A stretch of 64,000 nucleotides of DNA from an uncultured candidatus Brocadiaceae bacterium. Lineage in GTDB: Bacteria > Planctomycetota > Brocadiia > SM23-32. Position numbers and translations under genes: made by a program. The notes below the pieces were generated by a model, which worked only from the letters and a program-made list of their open reading frames with translations, did no database searches and was not told where the DNA came from. Below are positions 55,659 through 64,000 of the stretch, one piece after another. The first letter of the stretch is position 1. Each line of letters starts with the position of its first letter. The stretch spans positions 1,328 to 65,327 of the forward strand of contig CAZQEQ010000006.1 of the NCBI GenBank assembly GCA_964592385.1, given 5' to 3'.

Positions 55659-56468
55659 TCAAGGCTCAAGTGGCGCGCCGCCCCACCGGAACATCGCCCG
55701 GTGGTCCAGCGGGCCGCACCCCTTCCCCAGCGCCAGCGAATGCTCCAGCGCCGACTGAAGCGCGTCCCGCGCCCGTTCCATGGCATCCGGCACGCTCATC
55801 CCCCGGCCCAGGCAGGCTGCAATGGCCGCGGAGTACGTGCAGCCCGTGCCGTGCGTGTTGGACGTGGGGACGCGCGGGCGGGTCACGTCGCGGAACTCAT
55901 CGCCGTCGAAGAGGACGTCCGTCGGCTCGCCGGCCAGGTGCCCGCCCTTGACCAGGACCCACCGCGGCCCCAGGGCGCGTATGCGCCGCGCCGCCTCGCG
56001 CATGCTCTCAAGGTCGCCGACGGCGACCCCGGCAAGCCGGGCGGCCTCGGCAAGGTTCGGCGTCACGACGGTCGCCAGGGGCAAGAGCCGCTCCCGCAGG
56101 ACGGCGCAGGCCTCCGGCTCGAGCAGCGCGTCGCCGCTCTTAGCGACCATCACGGGGTCCACGACGAGCGGGCGGATGCCGTGACGCTCGACGCGCTCCG
56201 CCACTGTGGCCACGACGCCGGCGCCCGCGAGCATGCCCGTCTTGGCGGCGTCGATCCCGATGTCCTCCGCAACCGCGTCGATCTGCTCGGCCACGAAGTC
56301 GGGGCTGACCGGGAAGACGCGGCGGACGCCGACGGTGTTCTGCGCGGTCAACGCCGTGACGGCGGACATGCCGAAGCCGCCCAGGGCGGTGATGGTCTTC
56401 AGGTCGGCCTGGATGCCGGCGCCGCCTCCGCTGTCGCTGCCCGCGATGGTAAGGATTCTGGGGATCAT
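55659..56468 (-). CDS. thiD: Hydroxymethylpyrimidine/phosphomethylpyrimidine kinase
   Basis: [59 protein letters not shown]. Confidence 0.95.
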   Translation of the reverse strand: MIPRILTIAGSDSGGGAGIQADLKTITALGGFGMSAVTALTAQNTVGVRRVFPVSPDFVAEQIDAVAEDIGIDAAKTGMLAGAGVVATVAERVERHGIRPLVVDPVMVAKSGDALLEPEACAVLRERLLPLATVVTPNLAEAARLAGVAVGDLESMREAARRIRALGPRWVLVKGGHLAGEPTDVLFDGDEFRDVTRPRVPTSNTHGTGCTYSAAIAACLGRGMSVPDAMERARDALQSALEHSLALGKGCGPLDHRAMFRWGGAPLEP

Positions 56469-56516
56469 GGCCGCACCCCGCCGACGGCGCGCGCGCCGAT
56501 GGCTGAAAGGGCATAC

Positions 56517-56545
56517 TTGAAAAGCACGGGTGACAACATTAACAT
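56517..56545 (+). promoter_or_regulatory. Putative promoter of lysC-cimA-valS
   Basis: TTGAAA-17-TAACAT in an AT-rich patch. Confidence 0.45.
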
Positions 56546-56681
56546 AATCAGGTGGTTCAAGCGTCACAAGGGCAAATCCCGCCTGCTGATGCGTCTTCCC
56601 CGTCCTACCTGCGCGCGCAGACACGTGGACCGGGGCGCATTATCCCGGCGGGCCGGAGCACAACAAGGAGGCGGCGGTACG

Positions 56682-57917
56682 ATGGGCCTGGTCGTACAGA
56701 AATTCGGCGGCACCTCCGTGGCCACGGCGGCCAAGGTGCTCGCCGTCGCACAGCGCGTGGTCCGGGAGTCGGAGGCCGGGCAGCAGGTGGTCGTGGTCGT
56801 CAGCGCGCAGGGCGACTACACGGACCGCCTGATCGCCATGGCCAATGAGATCGACCCGCACCCCGCCCCGCGGGAGCTGGACACCCTGATGGCCGTGGGC
56901 GAGCAGATGTCCATCGCGCTGATGGCCATTGCGATCCACAAGATGGGGCACGCCGCCATCAGCCTCACCGGCGCCCAGGCGGGCATCCAGACCACCGGCG
57001 CCAGCAGCAAGGCGCGGATCATCACCGTCGACACAAGCCGGCTCAAGAGGGAACTGGACAGGGGCCAGATCGTCATCGTGGCCGGCTTCCAGGGCGTGGA
57101 CAGCGACGATAACATCACGACGCTGGGAAGGGGCGGCTCGGACACGACGGCCGTGGCGCTGGCCGCCGCGCTTCAGGCAGACCGCTGCGAGATATTCACC
57201 GACGTGGACGGCGTGCACACGGCCGACCCGCGCATCGTGCAGGACGCGCGATGGATCCCGTGCATAGACTACGACGAACTGCTCGAGCTGGCCAGCCTCG
57301 GCGCCAAGGTAGTGCACTCGCGCGCGGTCGAGCTGGCCAAGCGATACAACGTGCCGTTCAGGGTGCGGCCAAGTTACAATGAATCGGAGGGCACTCTGGT
57401 GACCGACCTCACCGGCGAGATGGAACACGTTGACGTGCGGGCCGCCGCGCTGGAGACCAACGAGGCGAAGATTACCATCCGCCACGTCCCCGACCAGCCC
57501 GGGGTGGCGGCTACCATCTTCAGCGAGATAGCCCGAGCGAACGTGAACGTGGACATGATCGTCCAGAACGTCAGCGAGCAGGGCCGCGCGGACGTGAGCT
57601 TCACCGTGCTGGAAACCGACCTGCCGCAGGCACTGGCCGTGGCCCGGCAGTTGGCCGAGCGGCTCGGCGCGGCCGCCGTCGAGAGCGACGAGGAAATCGC
57701 CAAGCTAAGCATCGTCGGCGTGGGAATGCGAAGCCACTCCGGCGTCGCCGAGAAGATGTTCCGCGCCCTGGCCGAGCGGGAAATCAACATCGGCATGATC
57801 AGCACGTCCGAGATAAAGATATCCTGCGTCATCGACGGCGAGGCGGGCCAGGAGGCCCTGAAGGCCATCCATCACGCCTTCGGGCTCGGAAGGGAGGGCC
57901 GACAACAGGATGAGTGA
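56682..57917 (+). CDS. lysC: Aspartate kinase
   Basis: VQKFGGTSV, TTLGRGGSDTTAVA, FTDVDGV, two ACT domains, STSEIKISC. Confidence 0.96.
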   Translation: MGLVVQKFGGTSVATAAKVLAVAQRVVRESEAGQQVVVVVSAQGDYTDRLIAMANEIDPHPAPRELDTLMAVGEQMSIALMAIAIHKMGHAAISLTGAQAGIQTTGASSKARIITVDTSRLKRELDRGQIVIVAGFQGVDSDDNITTLGRGGSDTTAVALAAALQADRCEIFTDVDGVHTADPRIVQDARWIPCIDYDELLELASLGAKVVHSRAVELAKRYNVPFRVRPSYNESEGTLVTDLTGEMEHVDVRAAALETNEAKITIRHVPDQPGVAATIFSEIARANVNVDMIVQNVSEQGRADVSFTVLETDLPQALAVARQLAERLGAAAVESDEEIAKLSIVGVGMRSHSGVAEKMFRALAEREINIGMISTSEIKISCVIDGEAGQEALKAIHHAFGLGREGRQQDE

Positions 57918-59478
57918 AACCGAAAAGACAGTGCTCGTCTATGACACCCTCCTGCGCGACGGATGCCAGGCCGAGGGGATGAACCTGTCCCTGGCCGACA
58001 AGCTGGAAGTGACCGAACGGCTGGACGAGCTGGGCGTGCACTACATCGAGGGCGGCTTCGCGGGAGCCAACCCCAAGGACGACCAGTTCTTCCGGGAGGT
58101 CCGGGGCCTGAAGCTGGAGAACGCGCGCATAGCCGCATTCGGCGCGACGCGGCGCAAGAACGTCGCAGCCGCCGAGGACGCCGGACTGCGCGCGCTGCTG
58201 GACGCCGAGACCCCCGTCGTCACCATCGTCGCCAAGGCATGGGACTACCACGTCAGCGAGGTCATCCACACGACGCCGGACGAGAACCTGCGCATGGTCG
58301 AGGACTCGGTCAGGCACCTCAAGGAGGCCGGCCGCGAAGTGATCCTCGACGCGGAGCACTTCTTCGACGGCTACCGCAGCAACCCCGAGCACGCGGTCCA
58401 GGTGCTCAAGGTCGCGGCGGCAGCCGGGGCGGACTGCGTCGTCCTGTGCGACACCAACGGCGGCGCCCTGACCGACGAAGTGGCCCGGCTGACCGCCCTG
58501 GCCTGCGCCGAGGTAAACTGCCCCGTCGGCATCCACTGCCACAACGATTGCGGCCTGGCCGTGGCGAACTCGGTCGTCGCCGTCCAGAACGGCGCAGTCC
58601 ACGTTCAGGGGACTCTGAACGGCTTCGGCGAGCGCACGGGCAACGCCGACCTGTGCGCCGTCATCCCGATCATAAACCTGAAGACCCCGTTCCGCTGCGT
58701 CACGGACGAGCAACTGAAGAAGCTCACGGAGGTGTCGCGCTTCGTGTACGAGGCGGCGAACCTGATGTACGACGAGCACCAGCCCTTCGTCGGCTCCAGC
58801 GCGTTCGCACACAAGGCGGGGCAGCACGTCGACGCGATGCGCAAGGCGGAGCACGCCTGTGAGCAGATCGACCCCGCCCAGGTGGGCAACGAGAGGCGGT
58901 TCCTCTTAAGCGAGCTTTCCGGTCACGCCGCAATGAGCGAGAAGTTCGCACAGTATGACATCGAGACCGACCGGGAGACGACCGCCGCACTGCTGGAAAG
59001 GCTGAAGGAGCTGGAGAACGAAGGCTACCAGTACGAGGCGGCCGAAGCGTCCTTCGAGCTGGTGGCCAGGCGGGCGATGGGCGAGTGCCCGCCGCACTTC
59101 GAGACCAAGGCGTACCACGTCAGTTGCATCCGCCAGCCGGACGGCAGGCTGGTCACCGACGCCACGGTGAAGCTCGACGTGCACGGCGACCTGATGCACA
59201 CGGCCAGCGAGGGGGACGGCCCCGTCAACGCGCTCGACGGCGCGCTGCGGAAGGCCCTTGAACCGCACTACTCCGCCTTGAAGGACGTGCGCCTGACCGA
59301 CTACCGCGTGCGCGTCATCAACCCGAGGGCCGCCACGGCGGCCAAGGTGCGCGTCGTGATCGAGAGCACCGACGGCAAGCGCGTCTGGGGCACCGTCGGC
59401 GTCAGCGAGAACATCATCCACGCCAGTTGGGAAGCCCTCGTGGACAGCGTGGAGTACAAGCTGCTGATCGCGGACTGA
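57910..59478 (+). CDS. cimA: Citramalate synthase (LeuA-like alpha-IPM synthase family)
   Basis: YDTLLRDGCQAEG, ANPKD, DAEHFFDGY, IHCHND, HKAGQH, GYQYEAAEASFEL, GDGPVNALD. Confidence 0.9.
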   Translation: MSETEKTVLVYDTLLRDGCQAEGMNLSLADKLEVTERLDELGVHYIEGGFAGANPKDDQFFREVRGLKLENARIAAFGATRRKNVAAAEDAGLRALLDAETPVVTIVAKAWDYHVSEVIHTTPDENLRMVEDSVRHLKEAGREVILDAEHFFDGYRSNPEHAVQVLKVAAAAGADCVVLCDTNGGALTDEVARLTALACAEVNCPVGIHCHNDCGLAVANSVVAVQNGAVHVQGTLNGFGERTGNADLCAVIPIINLKTPFRCVTDEQLKKLTEVSRFVYEAANLMYDEHQPFVGSSAFAHKAGQHVDAMRKAEHACEQIDPAQVGNERRFLLSELSGHAAMSEKFAQYDIETDRETTAALLERLKELENEGYQYEAAEASFELVARRAMGECPPHFETKAYHVSCIRQPDGRLVTDATVKLDVHGDLMHTASEGDGPVNALDGALRKALEPHYSALKDVRLTDYRVRVINPRAATAAKVRVVIESTDGKRVWGTVGVSENIIHASWEALVDSVEYKLLIAD

Positions 59479-59509
59479 GCCGCATTCCAATCCGAGAGGT
59501 CATTTCGCC

Positions 59510-62176
59510 ATGCCCGCCGAACTGTCCGCCCAGTACGACCCGGCGAAGATCGAGGACGGGATTTACCGCTTCTGGGAAGACGGGAAGTTCTTCCACACCG
59601 AGCCCGACCGGCCCGGCCAGAGCTACACGATAGTCATCCCGCCGCCGAACGTCACCGCCGAGCTGCACATGGGCCACGCGCTCAACAACACGGTGCAGGA
59701 CGTCTACATCCGCTTCCGGCGAATGCAGGGCCTCAACACCCTCTGGCTCCCCGGGACGGACCACGCCGGCATCGCCACGCAGAACGTCGTCGAGCGCGAG
59801 CTGGCCAAAGAGGGGATCCACCGGCGGGACCTGGGCCGGGAGAAATTCGTCGAGCGCGTCTGGCAGTGGAAGCAGCAGTACGGCGGCCGCATCATCCGGC
59901 AACTGAAGCGGCTCGGCTGCTCCTGCGACTGGGACCGCACGCGCTTCACCATGGACGACGGGCTCAGCCGCGCCGTGCTGGAGACGTTCGTCCGGCTCTA
60001 CGAGAAGGGGCTGATCTACCGCGACAAGTACATCGTCAACTGGTGCCCGCGCTGCCGCACCGCCCTGTCGGACATCGAGAGTGAGCACGAGGAGCACGAG
60101 GGCCACCTGTGGCACATCCGCTACCCCGTCCGGGACGGCATTGACGCGCACGTGACCGTCGCCACGACCCGCCCGGAGACGATGCTGGGCGACACGGCCG
60201 TCGCCGTCCATCCCGACGACCCGCGCTACGGCCACCTGATCGGCAAGACTGCCGTCCTGCCCGTCATCGAGCGCGATATCCCGATCATAGCCGACGACTG
60301 GGTGGACCCCGAATTCGGCACGGGCGCCGTGAAGGTCACGCCCGCGCACGATCCGAACGATTGGCAAATCGCCCGCCGGCACGACCTGCCCGCCGTCGTC
60401 GTCATTGACGAGGACGGCAACATGACCCTCCAGGCCGGCGAGCAGTACGAGGGCATGGACCGGTTCGAGTGTCGCGAGGCGCTGGTGGAAGACCTGCGTG
60501 AACGCGGGCTCCTGGAGAAGGTGGAGCCCTACGTGCACGCCGTGGGACACTGCTACAGGTGTCACACGGTCGTCGAGCCCTTCCTGAGCGACCAGTGGTA
60601 CGTCAAGACGAAGCCGCTGGCGGAGAAGGCCATCCAGGCGGCGCGCGACGGGCGCGTCAGGTTCACGCCCGAGCGATGGACGGACTTCTACCTGAGCTGG
60701 CTGGAGAAGGCCCACGACTGGTGCATCAGCCGACAGATCTGGTGGGGGCATCGCATCCCCGTCTATTACTGCGAGGGCTGCGGCGAGCCGGTCGTGGCGC
60801 GCGAGGAGCCGGACGCCTGCCCGCACTGCGGCGACGGCCGCCTGCGCCGCGACGAGGACGTCCTGGACACCTGGTTCTCCAGCGCCCTGTGGCCGTTCAG
60901 CACCCTCGGCTGGCCCGACCGGACCGAGGACCTGGAGCGCTACTACCCGACCAGCGCGCTGGTGACCGCCCGGGACATCATCTTCTTCTGGGTCGCCCGC
61001 ATGGTCATGATGGGCCTTGAGTTCATGGACGAGGTGCCGTTCAGCGACGTTTACATCCACGGCAACATCCTGGACGAGCAGGGCCGCAAGATGTCGAAGT
61101 CCCTGGGCAACGGGATCGACCCCATCGACCTGATCGAGCAGCACGGGGCCGACGCCGTCCGGTTCTGCCTCATCATGCTCTCGCCCGAGGGCCAGGACCT
61201 GCGCCTGAGCGAGTCCAAGTTCGAGATGGGCCGCCACTTCGCCAACAAGATATGGAACGCCGCGCGCTTCGCCCTGATGAACCTGGCCGACGGGGCGACC
61301 CAGTCCGAAGCCGCGCCGGCCTTCGAGGACCAATGGATACTGAGCCGCCTTCAGCACACCATCGAATCCGTTACCGAGAACCTCGAGGGCTTCCACGACC
61401 ACGAAGGGGCGCGCCGCATTTACGAGTTCTTCTGGCACGACCTGTGCGACTGGTACCTGGAGATCATCAAGCCGCGCCTGAACGGCCCGGGCTCCGGCGC
61501 CGCGCGCGAGACCCTGGCCGGCGTCATGGATGCGTCCCTGCGGCTCCTGCACCCGTACATGCCTTTCCTCACCGAGGAACTCTGGCGCCACCTGAAGGCG
61601 ACCGCGCAGGGGGCCTCGCTGCAGGCCGCCGAGGCAATGGCGTCCGACGCGCTCGTCCGTGCCGAGTGGCCGAAGGGGAACCCCGAATGGCGGGACCAGC
61701 GGGTCGAGGCGCAGACGGCCCTGCTCCAGGACATAACGCGCGCTGTCCGCAACCTCAGGAAAGAGAAGGGCATCCCTGAGCGTCAGCCCGTGCCCGTGAT
61801 CGTCAGCTCGGCCGACGAGGACAGCGACATGGTGATCGGCGACCACTCCGACTTCCTCATCCAGATGGCCTTCCTGGACGACCTGGAACACGGCGTCGGC
61901 GCCGAGAAACCGGAGATCTGCGCCACGACGGTAGTCGGCACGACCGAGATATTCATGCCCCTGGGAGGCCTGATAGACCTCGAGGACGAGCGCCAGCGGC
62001 TCCGTAAGCGCAGGGGCGATCTGGAGGCGCAGGTCGAGGCGGCCGACGTAGTCCTGCACAACGCCGACTTCCTGGCCAAAGCGCCGGAGAAAGTCGTGCA
62101 GCAGAAGCGCCACCGCGCCGATGAACTGCGCGCTCAACTGACCGTCATCATCCAGAACCTGGCCGACCTCGAATAG
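59510..62176 (+). CDS. valS: Valine--tRNA ligase
   Basis: PPPNVTAELHMGHA (HIGH), WCISRQIWWGHRIP, DTWFSS, KMSKS, C-terminal coiled coil. Confidence 0.97.
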   Translation: MPAELSAQYDPAKIEDGIYRFWEDGKFFHTEPDRPGQSYTIVIPPPNVTAELHMGHALNNTVQDVYIRFRRMQGLNTLWLPGTDHAGIATQNVVERELAKEGIHRRDLGREKFVERVWQWKQQYGGRIIRQLKRLGCSCDWDRTRFTMDDGLSRAVLETFVRLYEKGLIYRDKYIVNWCPRCRTALSDIESEHEEHEGHLWHIRYPVRDGIDAHVTVATTRPETMLGDTAVAVHPDDPRYGHLIGKTAVLPVIERDIPIIADDWVDPEFGTGAVKVTPAHDPNDWQIARRHDLPAVVVIDEDGNMTLQAGEQYEGMDRFECREALVEDLRERGLLEKVEPYVHAVGHCYRCHTVVEPFLSDQWYVKTKPLAEKAIQAARDGRVRFTPERWTDFYLSWLEKAHDWCISRQIWWGHRIPVYYCEGCGEPVVAREEPDACPHCGDGRLRRDEDVLDTWFSSALWPFSTLGWPDRTEDLERYYPTSALVTARDIIFFWVARMVMMGLEFMDEVPFSDVYIHGNILDEQGRKMSKSLGNGIDPIDLIEQHGADAVRFCLIMLSPEGQDLRLSESKFEMGRHFANKIWNAARFALMNLADGATQSEAAPAFEDQWILSRLQHTIESVTENLEGFHDHEGARRIYEFFWHDLCDWYLEIIKPRLNGPGSGAARETLAGVMDASLRLLHPYMPFLTEELWRHLKATAQGASLQAAEAMASDALVRAEWPKGNPEWRDQRVEAQTALLQDITRAVRNLRKEKGIPERQPVPVIVSSADEDSDMVIGDHSDFLIQMAFLDDLEHGVGAEKPEICATTVVGTTEIFMPLGGLIDLEDERQRLRKRRGDLEAQVEAADVVLHNADFLAKAPEKVVQQKRHRADELRAQLTVIIQNLADLE

Positions 62177-62286
62177 TCGTGGCGCGCCCTGGCGGCAGAT
62201 TCTCCGTATCGTGGAACAAAACGCTGCCTGCCGTCACTAATAGGCCAGAGCGCAAGTCCACGACGTAGCGATTCAGGAGCCGACAC

Positions 62287-63525
62287 ATGTCCGAACCCAA
62301 GCGACTGAAGGCGATGGCGCTCGCAGCGGCGGCGCTGGCTTTCTTCACGGCGGCGGGGGCCGCCGCCCCCGCAGGCCCGGCCGATGCGGGCCTGATGGCC
62401 GACAAGGCAGCCGTGGTGAAGGGCAACAACGAAGCCGCCCTGGACCTATACGGGCGGCTGAGGAAGCAGGAGGGCAACCTCTTCTTCTCCCCGTTCAGCA
62501 TCTCGACCGCGCTGGCGATGACCTACGCCGGCGCGCGCGGGGAGACGGCTGACCAGATGGCCGACGTGCTCCGGTTCGGCCTGGAGCAGGGGCGCCTCCA
62601 CCCGGCGTTCGCCGCGCTGGTCGAGGACCTGCAAGCCGCAAAGGAGAAGAAGGGCTACGAACTCAGCGTCGCCAACGCCCTGTGGGGACAGGAGGGCTTC
62701 GAGTTCCTGGCGGACTTCCTGGGCCTCGTGCGCGAGAGCTACGGCGCGGGCCTGAACGAGGTCGATTTCAAGGGCGCCGCGGAGGAAGCCCGGAAGACCA
62801 TCAACGCCTGGGTGGAGAAGCAGACCCGCGACAAGATCAAGGACCTGATAAAGCCGGGGGTGCTCGGCGCGCTCACCCGGCTCGTGCTAACCAACGCCAT
62901 CTACTTCAAGGGCGACTGGGCCTCGCAGTTCGACCCGAAGCGCACGGCCGACGCCCCATTCACGCTGGCGGGCGGCGACAAGGTCAACGTCCCCATGATG
63001 AGCCAAAAGGCCGAGTTCGGCTACATGGACGGTGACGGCTTCCAGGCGCTCGAGCTGCCCTACGTCGGCGAGGAGCTTTCGATGGTCGTCTTGCTCCCCG
63101 CGGCGGGCGGCGTCAAGGCGCTGGAGGACAGGCTCACGCCCGAGAACGTCGCCGCGTGGACGAAGGGGTTGGGCAAGGTCGAACTCACGGTCTTCCTGCC
63201 GAAGTTCAAGATGACGTGGCAGACGGAACTAGCGCCCGTGCTCGGGGCGATGGGCATGGGGGACGCCTTCTCGGCGGCGCGGGCGGACTTCTCCGGCATG
63301 ACCGGCCGCAAGGACCTGTTCATCTCGAACGTGATCCACAAGGCGTTCGTGGAAGTGAACGAGGAGGGCACGGAGGCGGCGGCGGCGACGGCGGTCGTGA
63401 TGAAGCTGACGGCGGTGGCCCGGCCCCTCGTCTTCCGGGCCGACCATCCGTTCCTGTTCCTGATCCGCGACACGCGCTCCGGCGGAATCCTCTTCATGGG
63501 CCGGGTGATGAATCCCGCGCAGTGA
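62287..63525 (+). CDS. Secreted serpin (serine protease inhibitor)
   Basis: Signal peptide; NLFFSPFSIS, LTNAIYFKGDW, hinge EEGTEAAAATA, FRADHPFLFLIRD. Confidence 0.95.
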   Translation: MSEPKRLKAMALAAAALAFFTAAGAAAPAGPADAGLMADKAAVVKGNNEAALDLYGRLRKQEGNLFFSPFSISTALAMTYAGARGETADQMADVLRFGLEQGRLHPAFAALVEDLQAAKEKKGYELSVANALWGQEGFEFLADFLGLVRESYGAGLNEVDFKGAAEEARKTINAWVEKQTRDKIKDLIKPGVLGALTRLVLTNAIYFKGDWASQFDPKRTADAPFTLAGGDKVNVPMMSQKAEFGYMDGDGFQALELPYVGEELSMVVLLPAAGGVKALEDRLTPENVAAWTKGLGKVELTVFLPKFKMTWQTELAPVLGAMGMGDAFSAARADFSGMTGRKDLFISNVIHKAFVEVNEEGTEAAAATAVVMKLTAVARPLVFRADHPFLFLIRDTRSGGILFMGRVMNPAQ

Positions 63526-63564
63526 CCCGCCCCGGGCCGCCGGGCGCGGAACAGGCCCGCTTGC

Positions 63565-63593
63565 TTGACACCATGCGAGCCGCCCGCTAACCT
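63565..63593 (+). promoter_or_regulatory. Putative sigma70 promoter
   Basis: TTGACA-17-TAACCT, 40 bp upstream of ATG 63634. Confidence 0.6.
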
Positions 63594-63633
63594 GAGCAGT
63601 TCCGACTACACGCCCCGGCCAACAGGACGCGCC

Positions 63634-63870
63634 ATGCCGACCGAACCCGAGGACTGCCAGGCCTACCAGGAGATACTCTCGCGGTGGGGGCCGCTCGAGC
63701 AGGACGACGTTTTCCGCCTGCTGGGGGCCGTGCAGGACGCGTGCGGCCACGTCCCGCGCCCCGTCCTGGAAGACGTAAGCCGCAGGCTCCGCCGCCCCCT
63801 GGCCGAGCTGTACGGGGCGGCCACGGCCTACCCCGGCCTGCGGACAGCCCCGCCGGAGGGAGAACGTTGA
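63634..63870 (+). CDS. NuoE/HoxE-like N-terminal helical domain only (78 aa)
   Basis: LLGAVQDACGHVPRPVLEDVSRRL...ELYGAATAY matches the NuoE N-terminus; overlaps the next gene. Confidence 0.65.
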   Translation: MPTEPEDCQAYQEILSRWGPLEQDDVFRLLGAVQDACGHVPRPVLEDVSRRLRRPLAELYGAATAYPGLRTAPPEGER

Positions 63871-64000
63871 GCGCGGCCGAGACGAAGGTCCTGACGCGGC
63901 GAATCGGGGTCATCACGCCCTTCGACCTGGCCGCCTACCGCGCCGACGGCGGGTACGCGGCGCTGGAGAAGGCGCTCTCCGCCGGCCGGGATGCGGTCAC
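63867..64000 (+). CDS. NuoF/HoxF-like flavoprotein subunit, 5' fragment (runs off window)
   Basis: TTG 63867 after GGAGGGAG; KVLTRRIGVITPFDLAAYRADGGYAALEKAL resembles the NuoF N-terminus. Confidence 0.65.
   Translation, partial: MSAAETKVLTRRIGVITPFDLAAYRADGGYAALEKALSAGRDAV

Noticed and set aside
56469-56560. TPP riboswitch upstream of thiD
   Set aside because: No CTGAGA/CCCG...ACCTG core visible on the minus strand.
56552-56681. c-di-GMP-I or lysine riboswitch in the lysC leader (CACAAGGGCAAA)
   Set aside because: Lacks the GAAA tetraloop and GACGCAAAGC second stem of GEMM, and is too short and lacks the motifs of the L-box.

Overview
64 kb of high-GC bacterial chromosome with no rRNA, tRNA, CRISPR array or transposase visible. 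Gene content (H-X9-DG-type prepilin protein, DUF1080, giant BlaI/M56 and ankyrin proteins, UroD-like and 2-hydroxyacyl-CoA dehydratase proteins) suggests an anaerobic Planctomycetota-like organism; this is inference only. Core genes: pspA-B'-B-C, sulfatase, zwf, tandem csp pair, pepP-like/accB/accC, thiD, lysC-cimA-valS, and the start of a NuoE/NuoF-like pair. An accessory envelope/signalling block (about 20-50 kb) encodes large modular exported proteins, a BlaI + 1791-aa M56 sensor and a TPR-protein/kinase/regulator operon. Most notable: (1) a variable domain bracketed by near-identical DNA anchors, shared by the M56 protein and the TPR protein; (2) a CbbQ/NorQ + vWA pair with no Rubisco or NO reductase nearby; (3) a 127-bp MITE with a CTAT target duplication splitting a CPBP-like gene; (4) a HEPN/MNT cassette flanked by 17-bp direct repeats; (5) a duplicated csp unit with homologous ~345-nt leaders; (6) intergenic spacers built from several REP/REPIN-like and periodic repeat families.
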